Part shown: piece by piece, positions 63,790 through 64,000 of the stretch
Numbering within the stretch: position 1 is the first letter of the stretch
How the letters are laid out: the number at the start of each line of letters is the position of its first letter
Assembly (NCBI GenBank): GCA_963779415.1
Contig: CAVZYA010000001.1
Coordinates: 736,001 to 800,000 of the forward strand
Origin: an uncultured Acidobacteriota bacterium
GTDB lineage: Bacteria; Acidobacteriota; Thermoanaerobaculia; UBA5066
Direction: 5' to 3'
Length of the DNA: 64,000 nt
Notes under the pieces: generated by a model
Told to the model about the DNA's origin: nothing
What the model saw: only the letters and a program-made list of their open reading frames with translations
Database searches by the model: none
Translations under genes and position numbers: made by a program

Positions 63790-64000
63790 AACCCGACGGA
63801 ACCTGGAGCCGCGCGCTCGAGATCTTCCAGGACGTCGCCGATCTCGAGCCCCGGAGCGCGACCTCCGCGTCGCGGCGGCGTGCGGCGGGGACGAGGTGCT
63901 CCGCCGGCAGGTCGCCGATCTTCTCGCAGCCGATTCGGAGACCCACTCCTCTTTCGACCGAAGCGCCGCAGGGCGCTTCCCGAGCCTGCTCGAAGATGGC
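63786..64000 (+). CDS. N-terminus of a Ser/Thr kinase (partial, runs off the window, one frameshift)
   Basis: W.RA.EIF...ACGGDEVLRRQV..LL resembles the N-terminal extension of the kinase at 11441; start overlaps the ECF stop. Confidence 0.65.
   Translation, partial: MKPDGTWSRALEIFQDVADLEPRSATSASRRRAAGTRCSAGRSPIFSQPIRRPTPLSTEAPQGASRACSKM

Overview
High-GC (roughly 65-70% by eye), gene-dense bacterial DNA. Its content (TPR-tailed Ser/Thr kinases, an ECF sigma/kinase pair, an IPTL-CTERM protein, DUF2911) resembles Acidobacteriota, possibly Thermoanaerobaculia; this is inference only. The main theme is H2 and quinone-linked electron transfer, in four parts. (i) A putative sigma54 operon encodes a small Cys-rich protein, a microprotein, a HybA/HybB (NrfC/NrfD)-like pair and two membrane-anchored GcvH-like proteins without the lipoyl lysine, followed by an atypical sensor-less sigma54 activator. 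(ii) A group 1 [NiFe] hydrogenase operon has O2-tolerance-type cysteines and many frameshifts that are probably assembly errors. (iii) hypAB and hypFCDE are in separate places. (iv) A second HybA-like gene precedes a fusion of NrfD, a cytochrome c3-like region and an octaheme-tetrathionate-reductase-like domain (13 CxxCH motifs) whose catalytic heme site appears lost. The rest is accessory or housekeeping: kinases, peptidases, OPT transporter, TetR-TolC-RND efflux, MFS, feoAB, surface-glycan genes and a possible degenerate integron cassette. No rRNA, tRNA, CRISPR array or transposase was recognised. All family assignments come from motifs read by eye; no searches were run.
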